NCBI RefSeq assembly: GCF_008065095.1
Contig: NZ_CP042911.1
Span: 8,610,001 to 8,642,000, forward strand
Direction of reading: 5' to 3'
Length of the DNA stretch: 32,000 nucleotides
From: Gemmata obscuriglobus
Lineage (GTDB): Bacteria; Planctomycetota; Planctomycetia; Gemmatales; Gemmataceae
The notes under the pieces were generated by a model. The model saw only the letters and a list, made by a program, of their open reading frames with translations, did not search any database and was not told the origin of the DNA. Of this stretch, positions 8,661 through 17,233 are shown one piece after another; the first letter of the stretch is position 1, and the number at the start of each line of letters is the position of its first letter. The translations under genes were made by a program, and so were the position numbers.

Positions 8661-10061
8661 ATGCTGCTCACGATCTCCACGACCCGCACGCCGGCCACCG
8701 ACCTCGGGTGGTTGCTGCACAAGCACCCGGACAAGGCGCAATCATTCCCTCTCACGTTCGGGCAGGCTCACGTCTTCTACCCGGAAGCACGCGAGGAACG
8801 CTGTGCCGCCGCCCTCCTGCTCGAAGTCGATCCCGTCGGACTCGCCCGCCAGCGCCGGAACACCGGAAACGAGTTGCTCGCGCAGTACGTGAACGACCGC
8901 CCGTATGTCGCGTCGTCGTTCCTCAGCGTCGCCCTTTCGCAGGTGCTCGGGAGCGCGCTGAACGGCAGTTGTAAAGCCCGGCCGGAACTCACAGAAGAGC
9001 CGTTACCCCTTGTGGCCCGGCTCAGCGTGCTTCCGTGTCGCCGTGGGGGTGAGGGGTTCCTGCGCCGGCTGTTCGAGCCGCTCGGCTATGTCGTTACTGC
9101 CACCCGCCACCCACTCGACGCGCAGTTCCCCGAATGGGGTGAGTCGCCGTACTTCACCGTCGAGCTGCGGGCCACGGTCCGGCTCGCGGATTTGCTCTCG
9201 CACCTCTACGTTCTGGTCCCCGTGCTCGACGACGAAAAGCACTACTGGGTGAGCAACGACGAGGTCGAGAAGCTTCTGCGGCACGGCGAGGGCTGGCTCA
9301 ACTCGCACCCGGAGAAAGAACGGATCGCGGAGCGCTACCTACGGCGCCAGAGCAAGCTGGTGCGGTCGGTCCTGGCGGCACTCGACCCGAACGACACTGA
9401 GGAGCCCGCGGAGGCGCTGGCGGCACAGGACCTCGCCGAGGAGCGGCTGGAATCCCGCGTCAGCCTCCACGAGCACCGGCTGGCGACCGTTCTCGGCGCG
9501 CTCCAGGCCACCGGCGCGACGCGCGTTCTTGATCTGGGGTGCGGTGAAGGGAAACTGCTCCGGTTGCTCGCCGCCGATCCGCGGTTCACGGAGGTGGTCG
9601 GCGTTGACGTGTCGGTGCGGAGCCTGGAAATCGCCCGCCAGCGGCTCGACCGGCAGCGCCTGCCCGACAACCTCGGCGCCCGCGTGAAACTGCTCCACGG
9701 CTCGCTCACGTACCGGGACGCGCGCTTGGTGGGCTTCGACGCCGCGGCGGTCGTTGAGGTGATCGAACACCTGGACCTCCCGCGGCTGGGGGCGTTCGAG
9801 CGGGCGCTGTTCGGGGGTGCGAAGCCACGCGTCGTGATCCTGACGACGCCGAACCGCGAGTACAACGTTCGCTTCGAGGGCCTGCCCGCGGGCAAGTTCC
9901 GCCACGCGGACCACCGGTTCGAGTGGACCCGGGCACAGTTCGCGGAGTGGTGCGCGAAGGTGTGTGCGGCTCACGGGTACGCGGTCCGGATCGACCCGCT
10001 CGGCGCCACCGATGCGGAGGTCGGGGCGCCGAGCCAGGTGGCGACGTTCACGCGCACGTGA
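8661..10061 (+). CDS. hen1: bacterial Hen1, 3'-terminal RNA ribose 2'-O-methyltransferase
   Basis: The N-terminus MLLTISTTRTPATDLGWLLHKHPDKAQSF...HVFYPEA...ALLLEVDPV and QYVNDRPYVASSFLSVA, FLRRLFEPLGY, YFTVEL, HLYVLVPVLDDEKHYWV match the bacterial Hen1 N-terminal domain. The C-terminal SAM methyltransferase has VLDLGCGEGKLL. At 466 aa it matches the characterised bacterial Hen1 proteins (about 460-465 aa). Confidence 0.85.
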   Translation: MLLTISTTRTPATDLGWLLHKHPDKAQSFPLTFGQAHVFYPEAREERCAAALLLEVDPVGLARQRRNTGNELLAQYVNDRPYVASSFLSVALSQVLGSALNGSCKARPELTEEPLPLVARLSVLPCRRGGEGFLRRLFEPLGYVVTATRHPLDAQFPEWGESPYFTVELRATVRLADLLSHLYVLVPVLDDEKHYWVSNDEVEKLLRHGEGWLNSHPEKERIAERYLRRQSKLVRSVLAALDPNDTEEPAEALAAQDLAEERLESRVSLHEHRLATVLGALQATGATRVLDLGCGEGKLLRLLAADPRFTEVVGVDVSVRSLEIARQRLDRQRLPDNLGARVKLLHGSLTYRDARLVGFDAAAVVEVIEHLDLPRLGAFERALFGGAKPRVVILTTPNREYNVRFEGLPAGKFRHADHRFEWTRAQFAEWCAKVCAAHGYAVRIDPLGATDAEVGAPSQVATFTRT

Positions 10062-10240
10062 GCGGTCCAGTCAGCCGCATCACCTTCGCCAAAGTCTCTG
10101 ACAGCGCGTCAATCGGACCTGAATTGCCGCACGCAGGAAAACTGTGACCTCGATCGGTCTGCTGAGGTCGGATCAACGGTCTGCTAAACTAAAGTAGCTG
10201 TGCGTTCGCGGCGATTCACCGTCGGCCTCGGAGGCGGATC

Positions 10241-11296
10241 GTGCTGAAGGTTACCCGCGAACTGATCGACAGCCTTCGCGCCTTCTCTCCAGGTGCGCAC
10301 GCGCCCTGCGTTCTCACCAGCGCTCGCGTTGCGATCGTCGCGCGGCACGGCAGTCCGGAAGACGCCGACGCGCTGCTCGAAGTGTTTCTCGAAGACCCGG
10401 CCGATTACCAACGCGCAGGCGTACTCGACGCGGTCATGCGGCGCGGCACCCGCGACACGGCCCGCAAGCTCGCGTCCGCGTGTCTCGCCGGCGGGCGGTT
10501 GCGGGCTAAGGTTCGAGGAGATGTGCTACACGCAATTGGGTTCCTTGGTTGCATGGAAGTGCGCGATGTCCTCTGGCAGTACGCCGCGGGTGAAACTGAC
10601 ACAGGCTACTACCAACAGAAGTGCGCGGCTCTCGGACTGTTGAGCCTGCCGTGCGACGGGTTGGAACGAGAAATCGAGTCCGCGGTTCGGGCGTGTGCCG
10701 GAAAGAACCTGTTCCCAGAGTTTCTCCCGATACTCGCGCATAAGGTCGGCAACCCGGAGCTGCTTCCGCTCCTCTTCGATATGGGACAGACGACCGCGTC
10801 CACCGACTGTAACGGCGGGTTGGTGTATGGGATCGCGCTGTTCGGCGAAACCGGGCGCCCGTACTTCGATCGGCTCCTTTTCGACTCCCACTGGGAGACA
10901 CACGGACCGGGCACCGGTACGGGTGGATGGACCTACCACGGGTTTCGGCACCTTGGCGGTAGTGTCGCCGAGGTCGCGCGTCAGCTACGGGCGTGCCACT
11001 CGGCGATGTCGTATGAGAGCTGGGAGTACCGCGTGCGTGTGTGGCTCGAACTCGTGCAACACTGGTTCGACGATCCGCTCCCGCCACACTGTAACGTGGG
11101 TTACACCCCGGAGCGAGCCGTGGATGTGTGCTCCGGCGCGTTCGACTGGTCTTCGGCTAACGGAGACGATTCGCTCAGCGGCTTGGTTCGTGACAAGGGT
11201 TGGGTTCCAAGGCACGAAATCTACACTCTTCGCACTCGGCTGTGGGACCGAATCATGTCAGAAGAAGCCAGCCGTACATTAGCGGTTTCGAGCTGA
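10241..11296 (+). CDS. hypothetical protein (possible HEAT/ARM-like helical repeats)
   Basis: 351-aa ORF with a GTG start and no recognisable catalytic motif. The N-terminal part has a helical-repeat-like pattern. Visibly less GC-rich than its neighbours. Confidence 0.5.
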   Translation: MLKVTRELIDSLRAFSPGAHAPCVLTSARVAIVARHGSPEDADALLEVFLEDPADYQRAGVLDAVMRRGTRDTARKLASACLAGGRLRAKVRGDVLHAIGFLGCMEVRDVLWQYAAGETDTGYYQQKCAALGLLSLPCDGLEREIESAVRACAGKNLFPEFLPILAHKVGNPELLPLLFDMGQTTASTDCNGGLVYGIALFGETGRPYFDRLLFDSHWETHGPGTGTGGWTYHGFRHLGGSVAEVARQLRACHSAMSYESWEYRVRVWLELVQHWFDDPLPPHCNVGYTPERAVDVCSGAFDWSSANGDDSLSGLVRDKGWVPRHEIYTLRTRLWDRIMSEEASRTLAVSS

Positions 11297-11489
11297 TACG
11301 GTTCTCAGGAAACTCCGTGCGTCACAACACGTGCGGTGCATTCTCCAAACGGTGTGGAAGGGGCATTCTGTGCGAGTGCCGCAGTCAACGCGGGCGCAGC
11401 TTTAGCGATTCTGGCCGGAAGCGCAAGTTGGGGCAGCGGGGGCGTTCAACTGGCACAACTGACCGCCGAACCCCAACGGAGCGAATCCG

Positions 11490-11966
11490 ATGAACGCCCT
11501 CCTCCTTTCGATGACGCTGACCGCCCCGGCCCACCCGCCCGCGTTTCCCCCTCCGCCCCCGCCGGTCGTTGTCGTGCGGCCGCGCCCGCCGGTCATAGTT
11601 GTGGCCCCGCGCCCGCCGATCGTCCTCGTGCCGCCGCGTCCGCCCGTGGTGGTCGTTCCGGTGTCGCCCCCGCCGGCGCTGTACCCGCCGCCGGACATTT
11701 CCGTGCCGGTGGAGCCGGTCGCGCCCGCGGCGCTCACGCTGGGCGAATTCTCCCGGTACTTCACCCCGACCCCGGGCAAGCACGACGTGTGGGTGGTTCA
11801 CCCGGTTACGCGGCAGCCGGTGAAGGTGTGCTTCACGCTGCCTCCGGGGAAGCTCAGGGACTTTGAAGTCGATAAACGCTCGATCCGGTTCGAGTTCGTT
11901 GGCGGCCGTGAAGTGGAGATCGAGTTCCGGAACAACGGCACGGTACGGGTCGATTACGACGATTGA
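11490..11966 (+). CDS. proline-rich tandem-repeat protein with small C-terminal beta-rich domain
   Basis: ATG at 11490 is preceded by GGAG 7 nt upstream. It has a short hydrophobic N-terminus and four 9-aa (V/I)4-x-PRPP-type repeats. The C-terminal segment of about 85 aa is non-repetitive. Confidence 0.6.
   Translation: MNALLLSMTLTAPAHPPAFPPPPPPVVVVRPRPPVIVVAPRPPIVLVPPRPPVVVVPVSPPPALYPPPDISVPVEPVAPAALTLGEFSRYFTPTPGKHDVWVVHPVTRQPVKVCFTLPPGKLRDFEVDKRSIRFEFVGGREVEIEFRNNGTVRVDYDD
11550..11678 (+). repeat. imperfect 27-bp in-frame tandem repeats (4 units) encoding VVVVRPRPP / VIVVAPRPP / IVLVPPRPP / VVVVPVSPP
   Basis: Read directly from the translation and DNA (cgcccgccggtcatagttgtggccccg / cgcccgccgatcgtcctcgtgccgccg / cgtccgcccgtggtggtcgttccggtg). 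Confidence 0.8.
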
Positions 11967-12000
11967 CGGTAGCGGCCTGCGGATGTGGTCATCACAACGA

Positions 12001-12030
12001 GGTCGGGGCGCCGCGTGTGGCGCCCCGGCT
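12001..12030. terminator. GC-rich hairpin downstream of the proline-rich gene
   Basis: ggggcgcc (12005-12012), loop gcgtgt, ggcgcccc (12019-12026), extendable with G.U pairs. It lies between convergent genes. There is no clear T-tract. Confidence 0.4.
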
Positions 12031-12264
12031 TCGTTGCATTGGAATCACCACTGATACGGTAGATGAATCGCAACTTCGCAGCGTTTGGGCAGAACGCCTC
12101 TCACGTCCGTATGCAGTCTTACTGGTACGGAAATGTCCTAACTGACAACCGGGGCGCAACGGTCCGCGCTCGCTGTGCGTGCTGTACCTTGTAGCGCGGG
12201 GCCGACACACTTCAAACAAGGCACGGCGCGCCGGTTGCTATGCTCATCCCCGAACAAAAAGGTA

Positions 12265-13701
12265 TCAGGGTGCGTCGTCCGGTTCGTCGGTGAACCGCGG
12301 CACGATCTGGAGTTCGCGCAGCCGGCGCCGCAACGTTTGACGAGCAACGCCGAGCACCTTGGCGGCCTGGAACTGGTTCCCGCGCGTGTACTCCATCACG
12401 AGCGGGAGCAGGATCTTATCGAGTTCGCGGTGGGCCTCTTCGTGCAACGATTCCGAGCCCTCACCCAGCCGGCGGCCGATGAACTCGGCCAGACCGGCGG
12501 TCGGGGCCGCTGGCGGCAGGGCCGTGGGCGGCTCGGTCGACAGTTCGGGAAGCATCGTCGGCAAAAGCACCGATCCGACCGCTCGCAGCAGTGCCTGCTT
12601 CAGCACGCTCTGGAGTTCCCGGAGATTACCGGGCCAGGAATACGCCCGCAGCCGGTCCAGCGCTTCCGCGCTCACATCTCGAACGTCCCGCCCCAGCTCC
12701 CGGCCGAACCGGCGGACGTAGTATCGGGCGAGCAGCGCCAGGTCGTCCCCGCGCTCGCGGAGCGGCGGCAGGTGGACCGTGAACACCCCGAGCCGGTAGT
12801 ACAGGTCGGCCCGGAACGTTCCGTCCGCCGCCCGGGTCTTCAGGTCGCGGTGGGTGGCGGAGATGATTCGCACGTCGGTGGTGACCGTTTCGCCGCCGCC
12901 GACCCGCTCGAACGTCTGCTCCTGGAGCACCCGGAGCAGTTTCGACTGGAGCGCCAGCGGCATGTCCCCGATCTCGTCGAGGAACAGCGTTCCGCCGTTG
13001 CACTGCTCGAACCGCCCGATCCGGCGCCGGTCGGCACCGGTAAACGCGCCCTTCTCGTGTCCGAACAGTTCCGATTCCAGCAGCGGCTCGGGGATCGCCG
13101 CGCAGTTAAGAGCCAGGAACGGCTTGTCCGCCCGCTTCGAGTGCTGGTAAATCGCCCGGGCGATCACCTCTTTGCCGGTGCCGCTCTCGCCGGTGATAAG
13201 GACCGCCACGTCCTGGGCGGAGACCCGGCCGACCGCCTTATACACCTCGCGCATCGCCGGGCACGCCCCGACGATGGCGCCGCCCCCGTCCTCGTCCGGC
13301 GGCGTCTCGGTGAGTACGGCCGGCTCCCGCATCCGCCTGCCCACCTCGACCGCCTCGCCGATCACCCGCCGGAGCTGGGCCGGATCGACCGGCTTGAACA
13401 GGTAGTCGAGCGCCCCGCGCCGCATCGCCTCGATGGCCGCGTCGGCGGCCTTCGACAGCGTGACGAACACGACCGGCACCCGCGCGTCGAGCGCCCGGAT
13501 CTCCTCGAACACCTCCAGCCCGGTGCGGTCCGGGAGCCGCAGATCGAGGAGCACCGCGTCCGGCCGCTCGGCCCGGACCCGGGCGACCCCCTCCGCGCCG
13601 GTCCGGGCCACCTCGACCCGGTTGGCCGGGGGCGGGAACGCGTGCCGCACCTGATCGGCCAGCAGTTCGGGGTCGTCGTCGATGAGCAGAACGTGGGCCA
13701 T
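12265..13701 (-). CDS. sigma-54-dependent two-component response regulator (NtrC family)
   Basis: Receiver domain (MAHVLLIDDDPE...LLDLRLPD). AAA+ domain with GESGTGKE Walker A, the GAFTGA sigma-54 contact motif and LFLDEI Walker B. C-terminal Fis-type HTH (AAKVLGVARQTLRRRLREL). I prefer the ATG at 13701 over the ORF-track start at 13758. Confidence 0.92.
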   Translation of the reverse strand: MAHVLLIDDDPELLADQVRHAFPPPANRVEVARTGAEGVARVRAERPDAVLLDLRLPDRTGLEVFEEIRALDARVPVVFVTLSKAADAAIEAMRRGALDYLFKPVDPAQLRRVIGEAVEVGRRMREPAVLTETPPDEDGGGAIVGACPAMREVYKAVGRVSAQDVAVLITGESGTGKEVIARAIYQHSKRADKPFLALNCAAIPEPLLESELFGHEKGAFTGADRRRIGRFEQCNGGTLFLDEIGDMPLALQSKLLRVLQEQTFERVGGGETVTTDVRIISATHRDLKTRAADGTFRADLYYRLGVFTVHLPPLRERGDDLALLARYYVRRFGRELGRDVRDVSAEALDRLRAYSWPGNLRELQSVLKQALLRAVGSVLLPTMLPELSTEPPTALPPAAPTAGLAEFIGRRLGEGSESLHEEAHRELDKILLPLVMEYTRGNQFQAAKVLGVARQTLRRRLRELQIVPRFTDEPDDAP

Positions 13702-13832
13702 GTGGCTCCGGAACGGTAGCGGGCGGAGAGGTGTGAGAGCTACCGTCAGTATCCGCACTCCCGCTGCGGCTGTCCACCCGGCGACGCGGCCGCGCCGCCG
13801 GTCCTGAACCGAAAACTCAGCAATTGCCGATC

Positions 13833-16800
13833 ATGCGACCGGAACAGCATACTGACCTGATGGAGAGCTTACGCACCGGTCGGCGGAGGGGGTACGCCGT
13901 CGCGGTCGCCGCGACGGTGGTTACGGCGCTGGTCCGGTGGGCCGTTTGGCCCGTCCTGCACGACGACGTGCCCCACATGGGGTTCTTCCCGGCCGTGCTG
14001 ATCGCGGCCTACTACGGGGGGCTCGGCCCCGGCCTGCTCGCCACCGCCATCGGGGCCTTCATCGCCAACTTCGCCCTGACCCCGCCGCACTTCGAGCTCA
14101 GCATCAAGAGCATCAACGCGGCCGTCGCGCTGCCGATGTTCCTGCTCGTCGGGGCGATGATGAGCGCCCTGTGCGAGTCCCTCCACCGTACCCGGTTGCG
14201 GCTCGTTGCCGAGGAGCGGGCGCGGGCGGCGACGGCCGTCAAAGACGCCGAAGCCCGGTTCCTTCATCTGGCCGAGAACATCCGTGACATTTTCTGGGCG
14301 CTCGACCCCGTCGGCCGACCCGTCTACGTTAGCCCCGCTTACGAAGAGGTGTGGGGTCGCTCCCGGGAGGAACTGTACCGGTCCGCGGCCGGCGCCTGGC
14401 TGGACACCGTTCACCCGGACGACCGTTCCGGTGCAACCGAACAATTCGACCACGTTCGGCGGGGGGCGCGCACGGACCGCGAGTTCCGCATCGTCCGCCC
14501 GGACGGCGCCGTCCGGTGGGTCCGGCTCCGCTCGTTCCCGCTCGGCGATGAGGCCGGCCGGGAGCCGCGGGTGGCCGGTCTGTGCGAGGACATTACCGAG
14601 CGGAAGCGCGCCGAGGGCAACCTCCGGGAGAGCGAGGAGCGGTTCCGCGGGACCTTCGAGAACGCCGCCGTCGGGATCGCCCACTGCGACCCGGAGGGCC
14701 GGTTCCTTCGCGTCAATCAGAAGCACTGCGACATCCTCCGGTACCCGCGGGAGGAGTTGATCGGGCTGGACTTCCGTGCCGTCACGCACCCCGACGACCG
14801 GACCGGGAGCGGCACCCAGTTCGAGCGCCTGATGCGCGGCGAGGTCCGCAGCTATTCGCTCGAAAAGCGCCACGTGTGTAAGGACGGGGCGGTGAAGTGG
14901 ACCGTCGTGACCGTCTCGGCACAGCGGGACCCGGTTCAGGGAACCCTCCACAGCATCGGGGTGGTCGAGGACATTTCGGAGCGGAAGCGCCTGGAAGGCG
15001 AGTTGCTCGTTGCAAAAGAGGCGGCGGAGGCGGCCAACCGGGCCAAGGACGAGTTCCTGGCGAACGTGAGCCACGAACTCCGCACCCCGATGAACGCCAT
15101 CCTCGGTATGACCGAACTGGTGCTGGAGACGGAACTGCGTGAGGACCAGCGGCAGTGCCTCGCGACCGTGAAGTCGGCCGCCGATAACCTGCTCGGCATC
15201 CTCAACGACCTGCTCGACTTTGCGAAGATCGAGGCGGGTAAGCTCGAACTCGACCCGACCGAGTTCTCCCTTCGGGCGGTGGTCGGGGACACCCTCCGCG
15301 CGCTGGCCGCCCGCGCACACCGGGCGGGGCTGGAACTCGTAGGCGACGTCCACCCGGCGGTGCCCGACGCGCTGGTGGGCGACCCGGGCCGGTTGCGGCA
15401 GGTGCTGTTCAACCTGATCGGGAACGCGATCAAGTTCACTCCGGCGGGTGAGGTGGTCGTCGGCGTCGAGCCCGCCGACCCGTCAGACATCGGGGGATCT
15501 GCCGTTCGGTTCACGGTTCGGGACACCGGCATCGGGATCAAACCCGAGAAGCTCGACCGGATCTTTCACGCGTTCGAGCAGGAGGACACGTCGACCACCC
15601 GGCGGTACGGCGGTACCGGGCTCGGCCTCACGATCTCGGGCCGACTGGTCGCGCTGATGGGCGGCGCGATTGGAGTGGAGAGCGAGCCCGGGCGGGGGAG
15701 CACGTTCGCGTTCACCGCTCGGTTCGGCCGGTGCGCCCGTCCCTCTGGTGTCGAACTGATCCCGACGCCCGAGGCCCTGCGCGGGCTGCGGGTGCTCGTC
15801 GTGGACGACAACGCCACCAACCGGCGCATCCTGTCCGCCACCCTCCGGAACTGGCAGATGTCGCCCGACACGGCCGGGGACGCCGCCGACGCTACTTCGG
15901 CGCTGTGGCACGCCGCCGGCCAGGGGCAACCGTACCCGCTCGTGGTGCTGGACGCCCGGATGCCGGGGACCGACGGGTTCAGCTTGGCCGCGCGGATTCG
16001 GGAGGCGCCCGCGCTGGCCGCCACGCGGATCGTGCTGCTGACCTCCGGCGATCGGCCGGACGACCCGGCCCGTTCGCGCGAACTCCGGATCGACGCGCAC
16101 GTCCTCAAACCGATCCAGGCCGACCTGCTGCTCGGCGTGATCCGCCGGGTGATGCGCACTTCGGCCGAGACAGTGCCCGAACGGGAACCCGAGAAGCCGG
16201 CCACAGGGGCGCGGGCGCTTCGTGTTCTGGTTGCCGAAGACAACGAGTTCAACGCCCGGCTCGTCGAGGAGCTTTTGGTCCGCCGGGGGCACCGCGTTCA
16301 AGTCGTGGCCGACGGGCGCCAGGCCCTATCACGCGCCGGCACAAACGATTTCGACGTTCTGCTCCTCGACGTTCACATGCCCGAGTTGAACGGCTTCGAG
16401 GTGGTTCGGGCGCTCCGGGCCGCGGGCAGCCAGTTGCCGGTGATCGGGCTGACGGCTCGGTCCCGACCCGAGGACCGCGAGGAGTGTTTGGCTGCCGGGA
16501 TGGACGACTTCCTGACCAAGCCCGTCCGGCTCCCCGACCTACTGGCCGCGATGGAGCGGCTCGTTCCGACTAACGCGCCTGCCGTCCCAGTCGGGCTCAG
16601 CCCGGAGGTGCTGCTGATGGCGTGCGACGGCGACGCCGGGCTGCTCGGCAGGCTGTGCCAGTCGTTCCAGGACCGCGCGCCTGGGCACGTGGCCGCGCTG
16701 GCGGCGGCTCGCGAGGCCGCCGATACCGTCCGGCTACGGGAGGCCGCTCACAAACTGAGCGCGATGCTCGCCACGTTCTCGACGGCCGCCGGAGAACTCG

Positions 16801-16964
16801 CGTCCGCGACCGAGGACCGGGCCGCAGCCGGGGAAGCGGCCGCCGCCGCAGAACTGGCGGCACAGGTCGAGCGTGCGACAGCGGCGCTGCTCCGGGCCGT
16901 TGACGGCTTGATGCTTGCCGATCTCTATACGCTGGCCGGGCGCGCTCCGACGGAACCGGAGTGA
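13833..16964 (+). CDS. hybrid sensor histidine kinase (DUF4118 membrane module, 2 PAS, HisKA, HATPase, 2 receiver domains, Hpt)
   Basis: H-box SHELRTPMNAILG, N-box NLIGNAIKFT, G-boxes DTGIGI and GGTGLGLTIS. Two REC domains (VLVVDDNATN...LDARMPGTDG; VLVAEDNEFN...LLDVHMPELNG). C-terminal Hpt-like AAHKLSAMLATF. ATG at 13833; the TTG at 13824 is also possible. Confidence 0.92.
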   Translation: MRPEQHTDLMESLRTGRRRGYAVAVAATVVTALVRWAVWPVLHDDVPHMGFFPAVLIAAYYGGLGPGLLATAIGAFIANFALTPPHFELSIKSINAAVALPMFLLVGAMMSALCESLHRTRLRLVAEERARAATAVKDAEARFLHLAENIRDIFWALDPVGRPVYVSPAYEEVWGRSREELYRSAAGAWLDTVHPDDRSGATEQFDHVRRGARTDREFRIVRPDGAVRWVRLRSFPLGDEAGREPRVAGLCEDITERKRAEGNLRESEERFRGTFENAAVGIAHCDPEGRFLRVNQKHCDILRYPREELIGLDFRAVTHPDDRTGSGTQFERLMRGEVRSYSLEKRHVCKDGAVKWTVVTVSAQRDPVQGTLHSIGVVEDISERKRLEGELLVAKEAAEAANRAKDEFLANVSHELRTPMNAILGMTELVLETELREDQRQCLATVKSAADNLLGILNDLLDFAKIEAGKLELDPTEFSLRAVVGDTLRALAARAHRAGLELVGDVHPAVPDALVGDPGRLRQVLFNLIGNAIKFTPAGEVVVGVEPADPSDIGGSAVRFTVRDTGIGIKPEKLDRIFHAFEQEDTSTTRRYGGTGLGLTISGRLVALMGGAIGVESEPGRGSTFAFTARFGRCARPSGVELIPTPEALRGLRVLVVDDNATNRRILSATLRNWQMSPDTAGDAADATSALWHAAGQGQPYPLVVLDARMPGTDGFSLAARIREAPALAATRIVLLTSGDRPDDPARSRELRIDAHVLKPIQADLLLGVIRRVMRTSAETVPEREPEKPATGARALRVLVAEDNEFNARLVEELLVRRGHRVQVVADGRQALSRAGTNDFDVLLLDVHMPELNGFEVVRALRAAGSQLPVIGLTARSRPEDREECLAAGMDDFLTKPVRLPDLLAAMERLVPTNAPAVPVGLSPEVLLMACDGDAGLLGRLCQSFQDRAPGHVAALAAAREAADTVRLREAAHKLSAMLATFSTAAGELASATEDRAAAGEAAAAAELAAQVERATAALLRAVDGLMLADLYTLAGRAPTEPE

Positions 16965-17233
16965 CCAAGCTGGCAACCGACTGGCCACGGCCCGTGGCTC
17001 ACTTGGGCCACGGGTTGAAGGCGGGTTCTCCTCACGGGGCCGTGCGGTGCGTTCTTTGTTTTTCGTCCGGTGCCCGCGCTCCCTTTGAAATTACAGGTCC
17101 GCACCGGCGGTCGGTCGCCACATTTTGCCCCCTCCCGCGCAGAATCTATGGTCCGGCATCCGCGTTGCGATGGCATCACCGTTTGCTCACGAACCCGCGG
17201 GACGTACACCCCGCTCTCGACATCGGAGCACCG

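Noticed and set aside
10525-10545. GG-N10-GC arrangement (tgggttccttggttgca) resembling a sigma-54 promoter
   Set aside because: It lies inside a coding region, its -24 element is poor (GGGTTC), and it has no downstream gene start.
11451-11467. Perfect CTGGCAC -24-like element upstream of the proline-rich gene
   Set aside because: At the obligatory 10-nt spacing the -12 position reads CG, not GC. A GC appears only with an 11-nt spacer. It is also so close to the ATG that the SD would sit at the transcript 5' end. Kept only as a remark.
11550-11678. Regularly spaced 27-bp repeats considered as a possible CRISPR-like array
   Set aside because: The units are contiguous with no spacers, degenerate, and in frame within a coding sequence. 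They are protein repeats.
12175-13719. 514-aa ORF on the + strand
   Set aside because: It lies entirely antisense to the well-supported sigma-54 response regulator. Its Arg/Pro/Gly-rich junk composition is typical of stop-poor antisense frames in high-GC DNA.
13869-15353. 494-aa ORF on the - strand
   Set aside because: It is antisense to the hybrid histidine kinase and has no motifs; a high-GC artefact.
17030-17064. T-rich run (ttctttgttttt) after the hybrid kinase considered as an intrinsic terminator
   Set aside because: I could not draw a convincing stem immediately upstream of the T-run. The nearest good hairpin (16991-17014) is about 40 nt away.
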